A stretch of DNA of 32,000 nt from contig JAJRZD010000059.1 of NCBI GenBank assembly GCA_024275415.1, positions 30,001 to 62,000 of the forward strand. The letters run 5' to 3'. How positions within the stretch are numbered: position 1 is the stretch's first letter; each line of letters opens with the position of its first letter. The translations under genes were made by a program, and so were the position numbers. The stretch comes from an archaeon (GTDB lineage Archaea > Asgardarchaeota > Thorarchaeia > Thorarchaeales > Thorarchaeaceae). The notes below the pieces were generated by a model. The model was given only the letters and a program-made list of their open reading frames with translations. It was not told the DNA's origin and ran no database searches. Below are positions 9,825 through 19,883 of the stretch, piece after piece.

Positions 9825-10106
9825 CGTTGACCACTGGGACTGAGCGCAAAACTTCCCCGTTAAAAGAGTTGGCTTTACGTTGGAAAAGAAATCATCAGGT
9901 GCGTTTCATCCTTTTGTCGGTTCGACATCCATCGATTAGGGGAGAGAACAATGTTTCTCGTATCATTGTCATCAGGGTGGGACGATTCTATTCATCCGGA
10001 CTGAACGAGATGCGCTTCCACGACCTCAAGGTGGTCACATTCAGCCAACACGGATCCACTTTGTTTCTGCTCGGAGTGTTCACGTTGCCCAATGTGCCAA
10101 ATGATA

Positions 10107-10967
10107 CTAGTGCCAGTTAATAGCAGGCATCGGTCGCGGAGGGATCTTCCTGAAGTCGTGTTTAGGATAACCCAATGCAAGAGCAGCTCTTAGTCCGTAG
10201 CCATCAGGGACGCCAAGGGATTCGGATATCTCCTTGTTATGATCTGCAATTCTGATGAAGAATCCGCTCATCGTAGTCCCGATTGAGAGAGAGCGAGCCA
10301 ACAATCGGATATTGGCTATTGCAAGATAGGCATCAGCCTCGGCAAACTCCCTTTCGGGATTCAAGAACAGCATCACTACTGGCGCATTAAAGAAGATTCG
10401 ATCCCTTCCATCATTTCGCCAATCGCTGACTGTCCTATGAAGCTCTGGCAGAAACCTCTTGACCGTGTCATAAGCGTCTCTCTTTCTTGCAAGTTTTGAA
10501 ATCGTACCCATAAATGGCCGTTCGACTAGCCTTGTTGTGGACTCGACCGCATCAATGGCTTGGTCTACCAATCTGGTGAGTTTCTCACCTTGATAGACCT
10601 CAATGATCATCTCCCTCCTGTTATGAGCTGTTGGAGCAAGACTGGCAGCCTTTATGAGTGCCTGGAGTGTATCTTCGGGGATTCGTGTTTCCTTGAATCG
10701 TCTTATGCTTCGTAACGAAGCCATATCATGTATCAGTCGTTCTGATTCGATGGCTTCAGATGCAGCGGGTAGTTCGTCAGGATATGATTCATGGATAATG
10801 GCATTTCGTGGACAGATTGCCACACAGTGACCACATGTTGTACATGTTTCTGGTGATGTCACAACCGTTCTTTCACCTTCCAAGGTGAATACATTTCCAA
10901 CGCAGACCTTCTCACACTGTCTGCACTTGCTACCTAAACAATTTTCGTCGATTGATATTTCTGTCAT
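10107..10967 (-). CDS. Nitroreductase family protein with N-terminal 4Fe-4S ferredoxin domain
   Basis: CLGSKCRQCEKVC and CTTCGHCVAICP, then RSIRRF, APTAHN, FFNAP, LALGYP. Confidence 0.9.
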   Translation of the reverse strand: MTEISIDENCLGSKCRQCEKVCVGNVFTLEGERTVVTSPETCTTCGHCVAICPRNAIIHESYPDELPAASEAIESERLIHDMASLRSIRRFKETRIPEDTLQALIKAASLAPTAHNRREMIIEVYQGEKLTRLVDQAIDAVESTTRLVERPFMGTISKLARKRDAYDTVKRFLPELHRTVSDWRNDGRDRIFFNAPVVMLFLNPEREFAEADAYLAIANIRLLARSLSIGTTMSGFFIRIADHNKEISESLGVPDGYGLRAALALGYPKHDFRKIPPRPMPAINWH

Positions 10968-11104
10968 TCTATATCGCCTTGTGGACTCTTGGGAGGCACT
11001 CTAGATCCAGACTCTGCTAGTCAGAAACACCTCACCATACAGTTATGGATGAACCTAGTGTTTTTAAGGAAATTACTCACATTTTCACAACTGAGAGTTG
11101 AAAA

Positions 11105-11905
11105 ATGGAAACACTGGAAGACCTCGGACTTACCAAATATGAGGCGCAGGTCTATCTTGCCTTACTATCATCGGGGCTTGACACTGCGAGGAACCTATCA
11201 TCAAAGTCACAAGTTCCCACGGGGAGGATATACGATGTTCTGCGGTCGCTTGTGAACAAACGACTGGTCATCAAGCAAGATTCACGGCCGTTGAAATATA
11301 TGCCAGTTCAGCCACGGAATGCAGTAAAAACGCTTCTCCAGAGAAAAACTGAAGAATTGCAGACGCTCAAGGAAAAGGCAATCCTGATAGAAGAGCAATT
11401 GAATGTGTTCTCGAAGACAACTCCGGATGAGAGCCTCTTCTGGAGCGTCAGCATTGGGGAAGACTTGAACTGCAATGGTCACAGGATAGCAGAGGCGGAA
11501 AAAGAGCTGCTTTGCTGTATCGAACTCGATTCAAAAAGATGTGACGAGTGCATACCAGATATGTTGCATTTTCTTGAGATCAAATCTGAACTGGCGGAAA
11601 AAGGAGTCGATATGAAAATACTTGTGGGTGCTAGAGATGAAAAGATAATCAGGAATGATGTACTCCCACATGCACTGCCATACTTGGAGCGGTTAAAACA
11701 TGTGCCAATTCGGGTGACAGAAGCTGTTACCACAAGCTTTGATATCATTGATAAAGAGAAGGTCATTCTGTGGGTAAGAAACCCAACGAATCCTGATAGA
11801 TATTTAGCAGCAATCTACATCTGGCAAAAGAAACTTGCTGACGAACTCAGAAACCGATTCAATGAGGTGTGGGAAACAGCAAGAGTGTTCCACATAGAAA
11901 AGTAA
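11105..11905 (+). CDS. TrmB family transcriptional regulator
   Basis: LGLTKYEAQVYLALL...VPTGRIYDVLRSL wHTH, plus C-terminal PLD-like effector domain (FDIIDKEKV). Divergent from the nitroreductase. Confidence 0.9.
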   Translation: METLEDLGLTKYEAQVYLALLSSGLDTARNLSSKSQVPTGRIYDVLRSLVNKRLVIKQDSRPLKYMPVQPRNAVKTLLQRKTEELQTLKEKAILIEEQLNVFSKTTPDESLFWSVSIGEDLNCNGHRIAEAEKELLCCIELDSKRCDECIPDMLHFLEIKSELAEKGVDMKILVGARDEKIIRNDVLPHALPYLERLKHVPIRVTEAVTTSFDIIDKEKVILWVRNPTNPDRYLAAIYIWQKKLADELRNRFNEVWETARVFHIEK

Positions 11906-12285
11906 AGAGATAAGAAAAGTCCGTTACAGGGATCTTCTTTCTCTTCTCGGTAGAGCTGAGTGCATCTGGTTTCGTTACAGATGGGTTGTCTGGTAGCCAC
12001 GCGCCTCCGCCGATGGCAACCACCTTTCGTTTCGCCAAAAGGAGGATGACAACCACCGCAACCACAGCCCCTATCCCAGTATGTATTGGATTAAATGTTC
12101 TTATTAAATTGGCAGATGAAGGTTAAAGAATGTAAGTTTTGCAACAACGATAGCATGTTCTACTAAAAAACAACCACATTGCCTCTTTAGAAAGGGCTTG
12201 CTTGAGCCTAGTAGCATCATATATCCAAAAGCACGGCCCGTTCTGTATGAAAGGTAATTGACATAGCTCCTGTTGTACATCTGTA

Positions 12286-13065
12286 CTACATCAGGATTCT
12301 ATAGAACACATGATAGGACTGAGGATTTGAATATCCCAGCTTCAACGCGAGATGAATCGACTCCTCATTGGCAGCATCCCAGTCTGGAACCAACCCACTT
12401 CTGAGAGATGATTCGATTAGCATCGCGCTGGCGCTTGTTGCCAACCCTTTTCTTTGAAACCTTGGTAGGGTGTTGACTTGGATCTCAAAACGTGTTCGAA
12501 AGGGAAAGCAAGTTCGAGCTAGACTGACCAAGTTACCATCGCGGAGGACGCCGAACCCAAAACCACGATTCAAGAAATCATCGTATGAATTATAGAAGAG
12601 CAAGATGTCACCTAACAGACTTCGAGAAGACTGTTCAAGCAGCGCTAGGTCAAGTGGACGAATGACATACTCGGACGGCAGAGCTTCTTTCAATTCAATT
12701 ATCCTTGAAAGATCTAGGGAGTCTGGATTCATCCGCGTTCTTCGTTGTTTGCGAAGCGACGATCCCCATTCCTCCTTGAGGACTGATTCCCATCGCGTGT
12801 TAGGCACCATAAGAAGCCTCATCGGGGGGATTTCGTGAACTACCTCCCTTGCCTTTGCAGAGTTAGGGTCACCAGCAATGAAATTCATGACTCTGTAGCG
12901 GAACAGTACGATGTTCGGACTGGATGGTGAGTCCACGAACACTGTACCCAGCCCCATGTCCAACCACTGCAATGCCATGTTCTGGACATGGGAGAGTGAC
13001 TCAAGAAGTTTGACTACTGGGCCACGGTCATCTTCTGTGTATTCAATCATCAGCCAAATCACCAA
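12286..13065 (-). CDS. GNAT family acetyltransferase
   Basis: GFGFGVL, EIQVNTLPRFQRKGLAT (acetyl-CoA motif A), WDAANEESIHLALKLGY. Confidence 0.88.
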   Translation of the reverse strand: MVIWLMIEYTEDDRGPVVKLLESLSHVQNMALQWLDMGLGTVFVDSPSSPNIVLFRYRVMNFIAGDPNSAKAREVVHEIPPMRLLMVPNTRWESVLKEEWGSSLRKQRRTRMNPDSLDLSRIIELKEALPSEYVIRPLDLALLEQSSRSLLGDILLFYNSYDDFLNRGFGFGVLRDGNLVSLARTCFPFRTRFEIQVNTLPRFQRKGLATSASAMLIESSLRSGLVPDWDAANEESIHLALKLGYSNPQSYHVFYRILM

Positions 13066-13094
13066 CTGGAACTAGGCCAAGGGCCGGCTTGGAC

Positions 13095-13538
13095 TCAATC
13101 GAGCGGATGATCAGTATAGCGAGGGACGTTATTCTTGAGCCAGTCTGGCACTTTTGCCCTATCCACCTTATCGGAGAAGGGGATATACGGCTTGATGTCT
13201 ACCACCGGCGTCCCATCAATCGCATCGATCTGGTCAATGAATATTCTATGAAGCTCGCTATCTATGCTGACTATCTTGACCGTCGTCATGCCAATAGGTG
13301 TAGGACGGCCAGGGGATCTACTTGCAAAGACGCCAGACAGGGGTGCACCCTCAATAGGTGGATAATTCTGGAGGTGCATGCGAGCCTCATCATTGTCCAT
13401 ACCGGTAATCCACCAGAGGACGATGATGTGTGAGAACTTGTCTAATTCCAATGTCCCAGGCCAATATGTGGGGTTCATCTGGATGTGAATTCCACCATCC
13501 TCGGGTTTAATAATATGTCCTATTGCCGTTGCTTTCAC
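13095..13538 (-). CDS. trmO: tRNA m6t6A37 methyltransferase TrmO/TsaA family
   Basis: FSHIIVLWW, GVFASRSPGRPTPIG, IDAIDGTPVVDIKPY. Confidence 0.88.
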   Translation of the reverse strand: MKATAIGHIIKPEDGGIHIQMNPTYWPGTLELDKFSHIIVLWWITGMDNDEARMHLQNYPPIEGAPLSGVFASRSPGRPTPIGMTTVKIVSIDSELHRIFIDQIDAIDGTPVVDIKPYIPFSDKVDRAKVPDWLKNNVPRYTDHPLD

Positions 13539-13673
13539 GAGTTCAACCTCTCAAGTAAATAGGTATACAGATACATATGAGAGCTTAGGTCATACCACGA
13601 AAATAGGAGCTGGTACAGCAGCAATGGACATCCTTATTTATCCGAAAGGAAAGGACTCTTCGTGGTGCCATCA

Positions 13674-13961
13674 ATGAGAATCAAGGCAGTTCTTCGAGAT
13701 AACCAAATCTTAGGCATGGAACCAGGAAGCAAAGACCGGATTGTTGCAACGGCCATGAAGAACTTGGACAGGATTGTTAGCCAGTCCAGCATCCTGAAGG
13801 TCATGGGCTTAAAGCAAGATGCAAGAGCGACCATGCTGGAGGCACTAAAGGATAAGGACATCCACATCTGGCTGGCAAATGAAGCCCAGCAAGATATCAT
13901 ATATCTGAGCAAGGAAGACCTACCTGATGACTTTGAGATTGCAGGATACAAGTGGCAATAG
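13674..13961 (+). CDS. Small hypothetical protein
   Basis: About 95-aa ORF (MRIKAVLRD...) filling the gap between divergent and convergent neighbours. Protein-like composition. Confidence 0.65.
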   Translation: MRIKAVLRDNQILGMEPGSKDRIVATAMKNLDRIVSQSSILKVMGLKQDARATMLEALKDKDIHIWLANEAQQDIIYLSKEDLPDDFEIAGYKWQ

Positions 13962-13964
13962 CCA

Positions 13965-14699
13965 TTAGCTTGAACGCTCAATCTCGTTCATCGGTTCCTG
14001 TAAATAGGACGGCAATGGCAAGTTCAGGCGTTCAAATCGTTTCCGCACATCCCTTACTTCATAGATGACGCGGGAAAGATCCTCTTCTACATCTTCAACG
14101 AGTGCTGTATCTGTTGTAGAACCAGCTAAAGTTTTCAATCGTTTCAAGATAATGTACTGCTCAATGAAGTAACTCGCTAAAGCAGTGAGTAAATCGCTAT
14201 CAGCAGGATTGTCTACGAGACCAGAGGCAATATCATCTTCAACCCGTTGGAGCAAATACAGAAGAGGGTCGTATGCCTGACGTTCTTTTGGGAAATCCTT
14301 GATATGTTGTCGTGCGGCTCCCAATGCTTTCTCGGTGTTTCCTTCGTCGTACCACAGCCTGCAAAGATCATCAAGGACTGTGTGACCCGGAGGACAATTC
14401 CTCAGGAACTCCGTAAAGAGGGCTTCTGCCTCATCGACCCGCAACGAGTTGTCGAGCATCCTTCCGAGTGAAGAAACCGCTCTCTCATGACAAGGGTTTC
14501 TTGCGATAATGTCACGGAGCATAACCTCTGCCTTGCTATCATGTCCCTTTCTAGAGAGAATGATGGCAAGCTCGGTTCGCAGGTCAAGGTTCGCAGAAGC
14601 GTCTTCCAGAGCTCTCCGGACGAGTTGCTCTGCTTTGTCCTCCTCGCACAAGACACAGAGTTCCTCTGCTCGCTCAATGACATCCTTTGGGTCTTGCAT
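13965..14699 (-). CDS. Tetratricopeptide repeat protein
   Basis: Helical repeats with TPR spacing (AEQLVRRALE, LAIILSRKG...AEVMLRDII...NP, LGRML...EAEALF). Confidence 0.8.
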   Translation of the reverse strand: MQDPKDVIERAEELCVLCEEDKAEQLVRRALEDASANLDLRTELAIILSRKGHDSKAEVMLRDIIARNPCHERAVSSLGRMLDNSLRVDEAEALFTEFLRNCPPGHTVLDDLCRLWYDEGNTEKALGAARQHIKDFPKERQAYDPLLYLLQRVEDDIASGLVDNPADSDLLTALASYFIEQYIILKRLKTLAGSTTDTALVEDVEEDLSRVIYEVRDVRKRFERLNLPLPSYLQEPMNEIERSS

Positions 14700-14866
14700 C
14701 CTTCCGCCTCGCCTGTTCGATGGATTATTTCCTTAAGAGGCTACGGGAGTCACTACGAGAGTTCCTATCCAAGCTCTTATTTTCTGTTCTACATCCTATA
14801 TCGAAGGCAATATTTACAGGCTTTTTTTTATTCTGAGCCTGCACTACACAGTCAGGGGAACCCATT

Positions 14867-16303
14867 ATGCTGAAGGTATACAACACTCTTTCCCGCTCGA
14901 AGGAAGAATTCGTGCCACTTGTCGAGAACCAAGTACGGATGTACGTGTGTGGTCCGACGGTCTATGACTACCCGCACATCGGGAATGCCAGATCATTTGC
15001 GGTATTCGACACTATCAGGAGATACCTCGAGTACAAGGGATACCGAGTGTTCTATGTGACTAACTTCACCGACATCGATGATAAGATGATCAACCGTGCC
15101 AACGAAGAAGGGATCAGTGTCCAAGAACTGGCTAGCAAGTATATCGCCGAGTATCTGGTCATCGCAAGGCAGTTGAACCTCAAGCCTGCAACAGTGAACC
15201 CCAGAGCAACAGAGCATATTGACGACATCATAGACATGGTGCAAAGAATCATCGAGAAAGGGTACGGCTATGTGGTGGATGGCGATGTCTATTTTGATGT
15301 CAGCGAATGGAAATCCTATGGGGTGCTTGCCAAGCTTGCCAGCGAGGATCTTGAGGCTGGTGCTCGTGTTGATATTGACGAGCGGAAACAGGATCCCCGC
15401 GACTTAGCATTGTGGAAAGCAGAGAAGCCAGGAGAACCCTCATGGGATAGCCCATGGGGAAAAGGTAGGCCTGGTTGGCATGCAGAGTGTTCGGTGATGG
15501 GCAAGTACTATCTCGGACTGCCATTCGATATCCATGGCGGCGGGCAGGATCTTACGTTCCCACATCACGAAAACGAGATTGCCCAGTCAGCATCAGCATA
15601 CGATGTCGAAACCCCTGTGAAGTACTGGTTACACAACGGATTCCTGACGATAGACTCCGAGAAGATGTCAAAGTCCGAAGGCAACTTCTTCACAGCTAGA
15701 GAGGTTCTAGACAACTATGAACACCAAGCTGTGAGGCTGTACCTGATCTCGGGTCAGTATCGCCAACCACTGGATTACAATGCCAAGGCAATCAACCAAG
15801 CAATCCAGAGTCTGGAACGAATCCGTAATGCTGTGGATACAATTCGAGGCAGAATCCTAATCCTTGAGAGAAGTGGTGGACGAGTAGCCGAAGCTGACAA
15901 GAAGCTCAAAGAGGCGATTGACAAACTTCAGGAAGGCTTCGAAAAAGAGATGGATGACGATTTCAATACCCCTGGGGCACTTGCAGAGGTCTTCACCTTC
16001 ATCAAGGCTTCTAACACATTGACGCCAAAGGTCGGGAATACGGCTGTTCTTCGAGAGGCGCTTGCTGTGCTTTCCGAGTTCCTCATGATTCTGGGAATTG
16101 ACCTTCAAGCCGAAGAAGGCGGACAGGATGCGGGCATCTCATCTGCGAAGCTGAGTGCCACCATTGAGCTTTTGCTAGAGATAAGAGAGCAGGCGAGAAA
16201 GAATAAAGATTGGGCCATGGCGGACCTTATCAGGGACAGGCTTGGAGAGATAGGGATAGAGGTCGCAGACACAAAAGATGGTCCTACATGGAAGGTGAAT
16301 TAA
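14867..16303 (+). CDS. cysS: Cysteine--tRNA ligase
   Basis: MYVCGPTVY, HIGN, GRPGWHAEC, DIHGGGQDLTFPHHENE, KMSKS, ADLIRDRL. Confidence 0.98.
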   Translation: MLKVYNTLSRSKEEFVPLVENQVRMYVCGPTVYDYPHIGNARSFAVFDTIRRYLEYKGYRVFYVTNFTDIDDKMINRANEEGISVQELASKYIAEYLVIARQLNLKPATVNPRATEHIDDIIDMVQRIIEKGYGYVVDGDVYFDVSEWKSYGVLAKLASEDLEAGARVDIDERKQDPRDLALWKAEKPGEPSWDSPWGKGRPGWHAECSVMGKYYLGLPFDIHGGGQDLTFPHHENEIAQSASAYDVETPVKYWLHNGFLTIDSEKMSKSEGNFFTAREVLDNYEHQAVRLYLISGQYRQPLDYNAKAINQAIQSLERIRNAVDTIRGRILILERSGGRVAEADKKLKEAIDKLQEGFEKEMDDDFNTPGALAEVFTFIKASNTLTPKVGNTAVLREALAVLSEFLMILGIDLQAEEGGQDAGISSAKLSATIELLLEIREQARKNKDWAMADLIRDRLGEIGIEVADTKDGPTWKVN

Positions 16304-16425
16304 GTATATTCCCATTAAAAACATAAGGTCAAAACAATATGTGATATTGCTCAATACTGGTAACCAAATGAGATAGTGGATTTCGACACAGCCTGATGGG
16401 ATCTAAGAGACCGGTGACAACTGAC

Positions 16426-16845
16426 ATGAAAGGAATAATAGTCTTTGATGAGGCAGGGATTCCACTTGCCTCCATAGGATTCGAGAACCTTAAGGTCAAT
16501 CCCGGCCTGTTCTCATCATTCATGTCAGCAATGCAGACCTTTGCCTGTAGCCTGTCAGGTGGCGAGGTGAAAGAACTCGAGTACGGGAATGTCAGAATCC
16601 TTCTTGGGCATGCCAGAGGGAATCAGGTCATAACTATCCATTCGATTGTTGACAATGATGCTGACTGGAACCATGGCACGGTGCTGGAGCTGATTGAGAG
16701 CAACGATTTCGCGTTGGATGACAACTTCCTTTCACTTCTACGCGAGCTTCTTTCAGATGCAAGAGTGTCCATTGAGGAAGCCAAACGCGGAATCAATGGC
16801 GTCAACATTTTTTCAGAAAGACACAAACCACCAATAGGCGAATGA
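16426..16845 (+). CDS. Longin-like domain protein (putative)
   Basis: IIVFDEAGIPL...LFSSFMSAMQTFACSLSGGEVKELEYGNVRILL matches the pattern I associate with Asgard longin domains. ATG 16426 or 16396. Confidence 0.6.
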   Translation: MKGIIVFDEAGIPLASIGFENLKVNPGLFSSFMSAMQTFACSLSGGEVKELEYGNVRILLGHARGNQVITIHSIVDNDADWNHGTVLELIESNDFALDDNFLSLLRELLSDARVSIEEAKRGINGVNIFSERHKPPIGE

Positions 16846-16922
16846 CATTAACAAGCTGTCGGGTCATAGTTCGGAGAATTGTGGATCAATCCCCGAAAAG
16901 CAAGAACTGTGTTGCTCTTCAT

Positions 16923-17159
16923 TTATGGTGAAAGCACATCGTTGACCAACCGTTCCTCTATCGGCTTGAAGTCAAGATACTTCAGTACCACTCTTTCAAT
17001 GAACCCATATCTGAATTCCTCGTCCTTGCTGATCAGGAGCTTACCTTTGATGACTTCATACTTGAAGAAGAGAGGTGCTTGATTTAGGACTCGGAGGTCA
17101 ATCGGCAGTCCCACTTGGGCCTCGATCTCGATTCCCAGTTTCTCAATCATAAATCTCAC
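16923..17159 (-). pseudogene. C-terminal fragment of an MNT nucleotidyltransferase
   Basis: IDLRVLNQAPLFFKYEVIKGKLL...YLDF is the MNT C-terminal half. The catalytic GS/DxD N-terminus and any HEPN partner are absent. Confidence 0.75.
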
Positions 17160-17225
17160 CCTTCAATTTCATGCCATTCAATCCTCTGATAATAAAGGGT
17201 CGGATTTCGATTCCGTTTCTTCAAA

Positions 17226-17544
17226 TTAGTTGAACACTCCAGCAAAGATAGCGGCGATGGTGAAGCTAACCACACATAAGATAACATTGAGAATTGTAAG
17301 TCCATAATGCGTTCTTGCTTGGACTGCCTGCCATTTATCTCTAAATGCCGATAACCCCATACTTCTCCAAACATTTGTCCTGCTTTCTTGGTCAGAGGAC
17401 ACTTCTCAACGATCGCTGAAGTTATTGAATTTGTTCCGGAGCCGCGCCATAGGAGTAATACACCTGTAAACAGAAATTCTAAGCCTATCTGCCAATTAGG
17501 AGCATTTGATGAATGTTTTTGGAGATGTGAGAGAGCAGATCCAT
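17226..17544 (-). pseudogene. Doubly frameshifted small membrane protein gene
   Basis: ATG 17544 lies just after the upstream stop. Frame breaks at about 17489 and at the G4 run 17355-17358. Reconstruction: MDLLSHISKNIHQMLLIG/IGLEFLFTGVLLLW...KKAGQMFGEVWG/LSAFRDKW...GLTILNVILCVVSFTIAAIFAGVFN*. Confidence 0.55.
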
Positions 17545-17549
17545 AGTTC

Positions 17550-17915
17550 TTAGATGATTCCGGAAATATCCCTTAACTTGCCCCAAATGGCAAAAGGGCA
17601 AAGCAGAAACAGACTAGCAAAAACCACAGCACGCTCTGCAATCAAATCGGGGTATTTGAACAAAAACATCTGATGAACCAAATACCCTGCAATAGAAAAC
17701 AAAAACCTCGCTACGGTAATGGAACCAAGCCAAAAGGTGTACCACTTAGCTCTCGACTCGCGACACATGGATCCCATCCTCTTCGCAAAGGCACCGGATT
17801 CTGTCCCTTCTATGAACTCAGTTGTCTTATCAGTAACTTCGATTCCTAGGAATAGGAAAACGACTCCCAGTATCACAATGAGGTTGAACAGCGTAAAATC
17901 AGGCTGGACTTGCAT
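17550..17915 (-). CDS. Small hypothetical membrane protein (about 3 TM)
   Basis: GAGGTGAG RBS before the ATG. Three hydrophobic segments. Confidence 0.7.
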   Translation of the reverse strand: MQVQPDFTLFNLIVILGVVFLFLGIEVTDKTTEFIEGTESGAFAKRMGSMCRESRAKWYTFWLGSITVARFLFSIAGYLVHQMFLFKYPDLIAERAVVFASLFLLCPFAIWGKLRDISGII

Positions 17916-18348
17916 CTCACCTCAAGTCCTATAGGTATAGAAATGTGGGAAGAAGATGCCTGTGAATACCAATCCCAACATGATAAAGATTACCCTTGTT
18001 GCCTTTGTGATAGCCAGAGCAGCTTTTATGGCGTCAACAGAAACTCGTAGAAAGAACCCGAGCACTCGCGATAGTACAGCAGTGTGGACGAGGTACTAAG
18101 ACTTGTGGTTTCCCTGACACGTTTCTGACCTCACAGAGTCACTCGATTGCCGTTCAATGGGAGCACAACACTCTGGTGCACACATGTGCGCAAGAAACAA
18201 TGAACGGTCACGATAACTGCATATATCCTGAAAGAAATGATCCATATCTGAGTGGCGATACTCAACACATTGCATCGATGAATTAGATACTAGTGGCGGA
18301 CGTATTCAAGCTTCCTGTATTGTGTCTATTGTTGGACACACTGGAACT

Positions 18349-19737
18349 TCAGTGGATCTGGTTCTTGACATTGATAAGAAGACCAGGGTCATCCAACACG
18401 TAGATTCGTGGGTTCTCTATCCCAGTTTCTTTTGTGAACCTCTCGACCAGCTCACGAAGCAGGCGCTGGCTGTCATCGGGAGAGTTCGGGTTGCATGCCT
18501 CCATTCGATAGACATTCCGCAGCTCGTCAGGATCCAGCTGTGTCACCACCTTGATGTTCCCTTCTGCCACATCAAGTAGTATCCGGAACAAGTCAGGGGG
18601 TTTCTGATTCCCGATCTTGAACGTCTGCTCAGAGCCATATGTTTCAATGACATAGCGCAAGGCATCCCGCACTTCAAGGTCTTTTGCAGCCTGCATGGCG
18701 TTGGCGTAGGCATCGCTTCCAATACCATCCTGACAGGGAGCCAGCAAGACTATCCAGCCCTTGCGGTCGTGACGGACTGCATTCCACGCAGCATGGATTC
18801 CCTTTCCTGCCTGGTATAGGTTCAGTCCTAGCTCGCCAACAGAAACGAAGACGAGGTCACCAGGCTCGTCTACATCCACAACCCTTAACCGTTTTAGTGG
18901 TTCAGCAGCGGCTTTGTGACATGCAATAAGGTCTCCAGCCTGTAGGTACACAATCTCTCCGTGATGCACGATGGTATCCACGCAGAACATCGGGAGGTGC
19001 TCGCCAATCTTTGTGGAAATCTCAATCATATCCTCTATGACAGGGTTTCCGTTACAATTGCCAAGCCGACATCCTTCCACGAACCCGCGTTCCAAATCGA
19101 ACATTCTTGGATGATTGACGCGGATGGTTTCTCTTCCAGCAACACCAGGACAGAATAGTTTGACAGTCCCAGCTTGGCCTGCAAAGTAATGGTATTCACT
19201 GTCTGAGAGTGGTAAGACCAGACACGATTCCATAACCCGTTCATCAATATAGATGGGGGTTCCTCTGTTCGTCTTCCCGAGAAGCTTGTTGCCAGAGTCG
19301 CAGTCATGGATGAGCACATTGTCTTTCCATTCGGCGTAAAGTTCTGAACCAAGGATCCTCGTTTCAATTGCATCATCGCTAGGTGGCTTGTGGGATCCGC
19401 TGGCAATGATAATCCTGATATCATCCCGTGGTACTCCGAGAGATTGCAACCTCTCTGTCATGTGGGGGAATAGTGCCCTCGTGTGTATGTTTGGACGGGT
19501 ATTGTCATCCACGATAATCATCACTGGCTTGCCCGGAACATACACTTCCTTGACCAAGTCATCGAATGGCTTAGAACCAATTGGGTTGGCAAGCACCTCA
19601 TCCAACTTGCTCTTGATGTCAGTGAAGTCCGGAATGAATTCTCCAATCTACAAAACGGTCACATTCTCGAAACTGGTCGGAATGAACTCGTCAACAACGT
19701 GGCTTCCGTATTTGAGCGGTGTCTTGTGATAGGACAT
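18349..19737 (-). CDS. larA: Nickel-pincer lactate racemase (LarA) family protein, interrupted by an in-frame TAG at codon 30 (19648-19650)
   Basis: ATG 19737 with GGAG RBS gives MSYHKTPLKYGSH..FIP..VL*IGEFIP...LANPIGS. Conserved DDNTRP, SGSH, HYFAG...KLFCPG and LYQAGKG. The track starts it at an internal TTG. Confidence 0.88.
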
Positions 19738-19847
19738 CGTCTTCTCCAACCTAAATAGGGTACTAGATTCTATGTAACCGTTTTGGTGGAGCCCGCATGG
19801 ATGTTCGATACAATACTCTTATATTCACACCATGAAAGTTAGAGTTG

Positions 19848-19863
19848 ACTAACATTAGATACT
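19848..19863. promoter_or_regulatory. Palindrome GTTAG-N6-CTAAC upstream of feoA, possible metal-repressor operator
   Basis: Inverted repeat about 20 nt before the feoA ATG, in the larA/feoA divergent spacer. Resembles the TTAG...CTAA cores of DtxR-family boxes. Confidence 0.4.
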
Positions 19864-19883
19864 GACAGCTCAGAGGGTCGCAT

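Noticed and set aside
9827-10120. 97-aa plus-strand ORF between tdh and the nitroreductase
   Set aside because: No recognisable motif. It overlaps the tdh promoter region and the nitroreductase end; probably spurious.
11036-11103. Short palindromes (CCATA-N4-TATGG; CAACT-gag-AGTTG) before trmB
   Set aside because: 5-bp arms are expected by chance. Plausible operators but unsupported.
11859-12115. Minus-strand GIGAVVAVVVILLLAKRK resembling a C-terminal membrane anchor
   Set aside because: No start codon or upstream domain and it runs into the TrmB 3' end. At most a small gene remnant.
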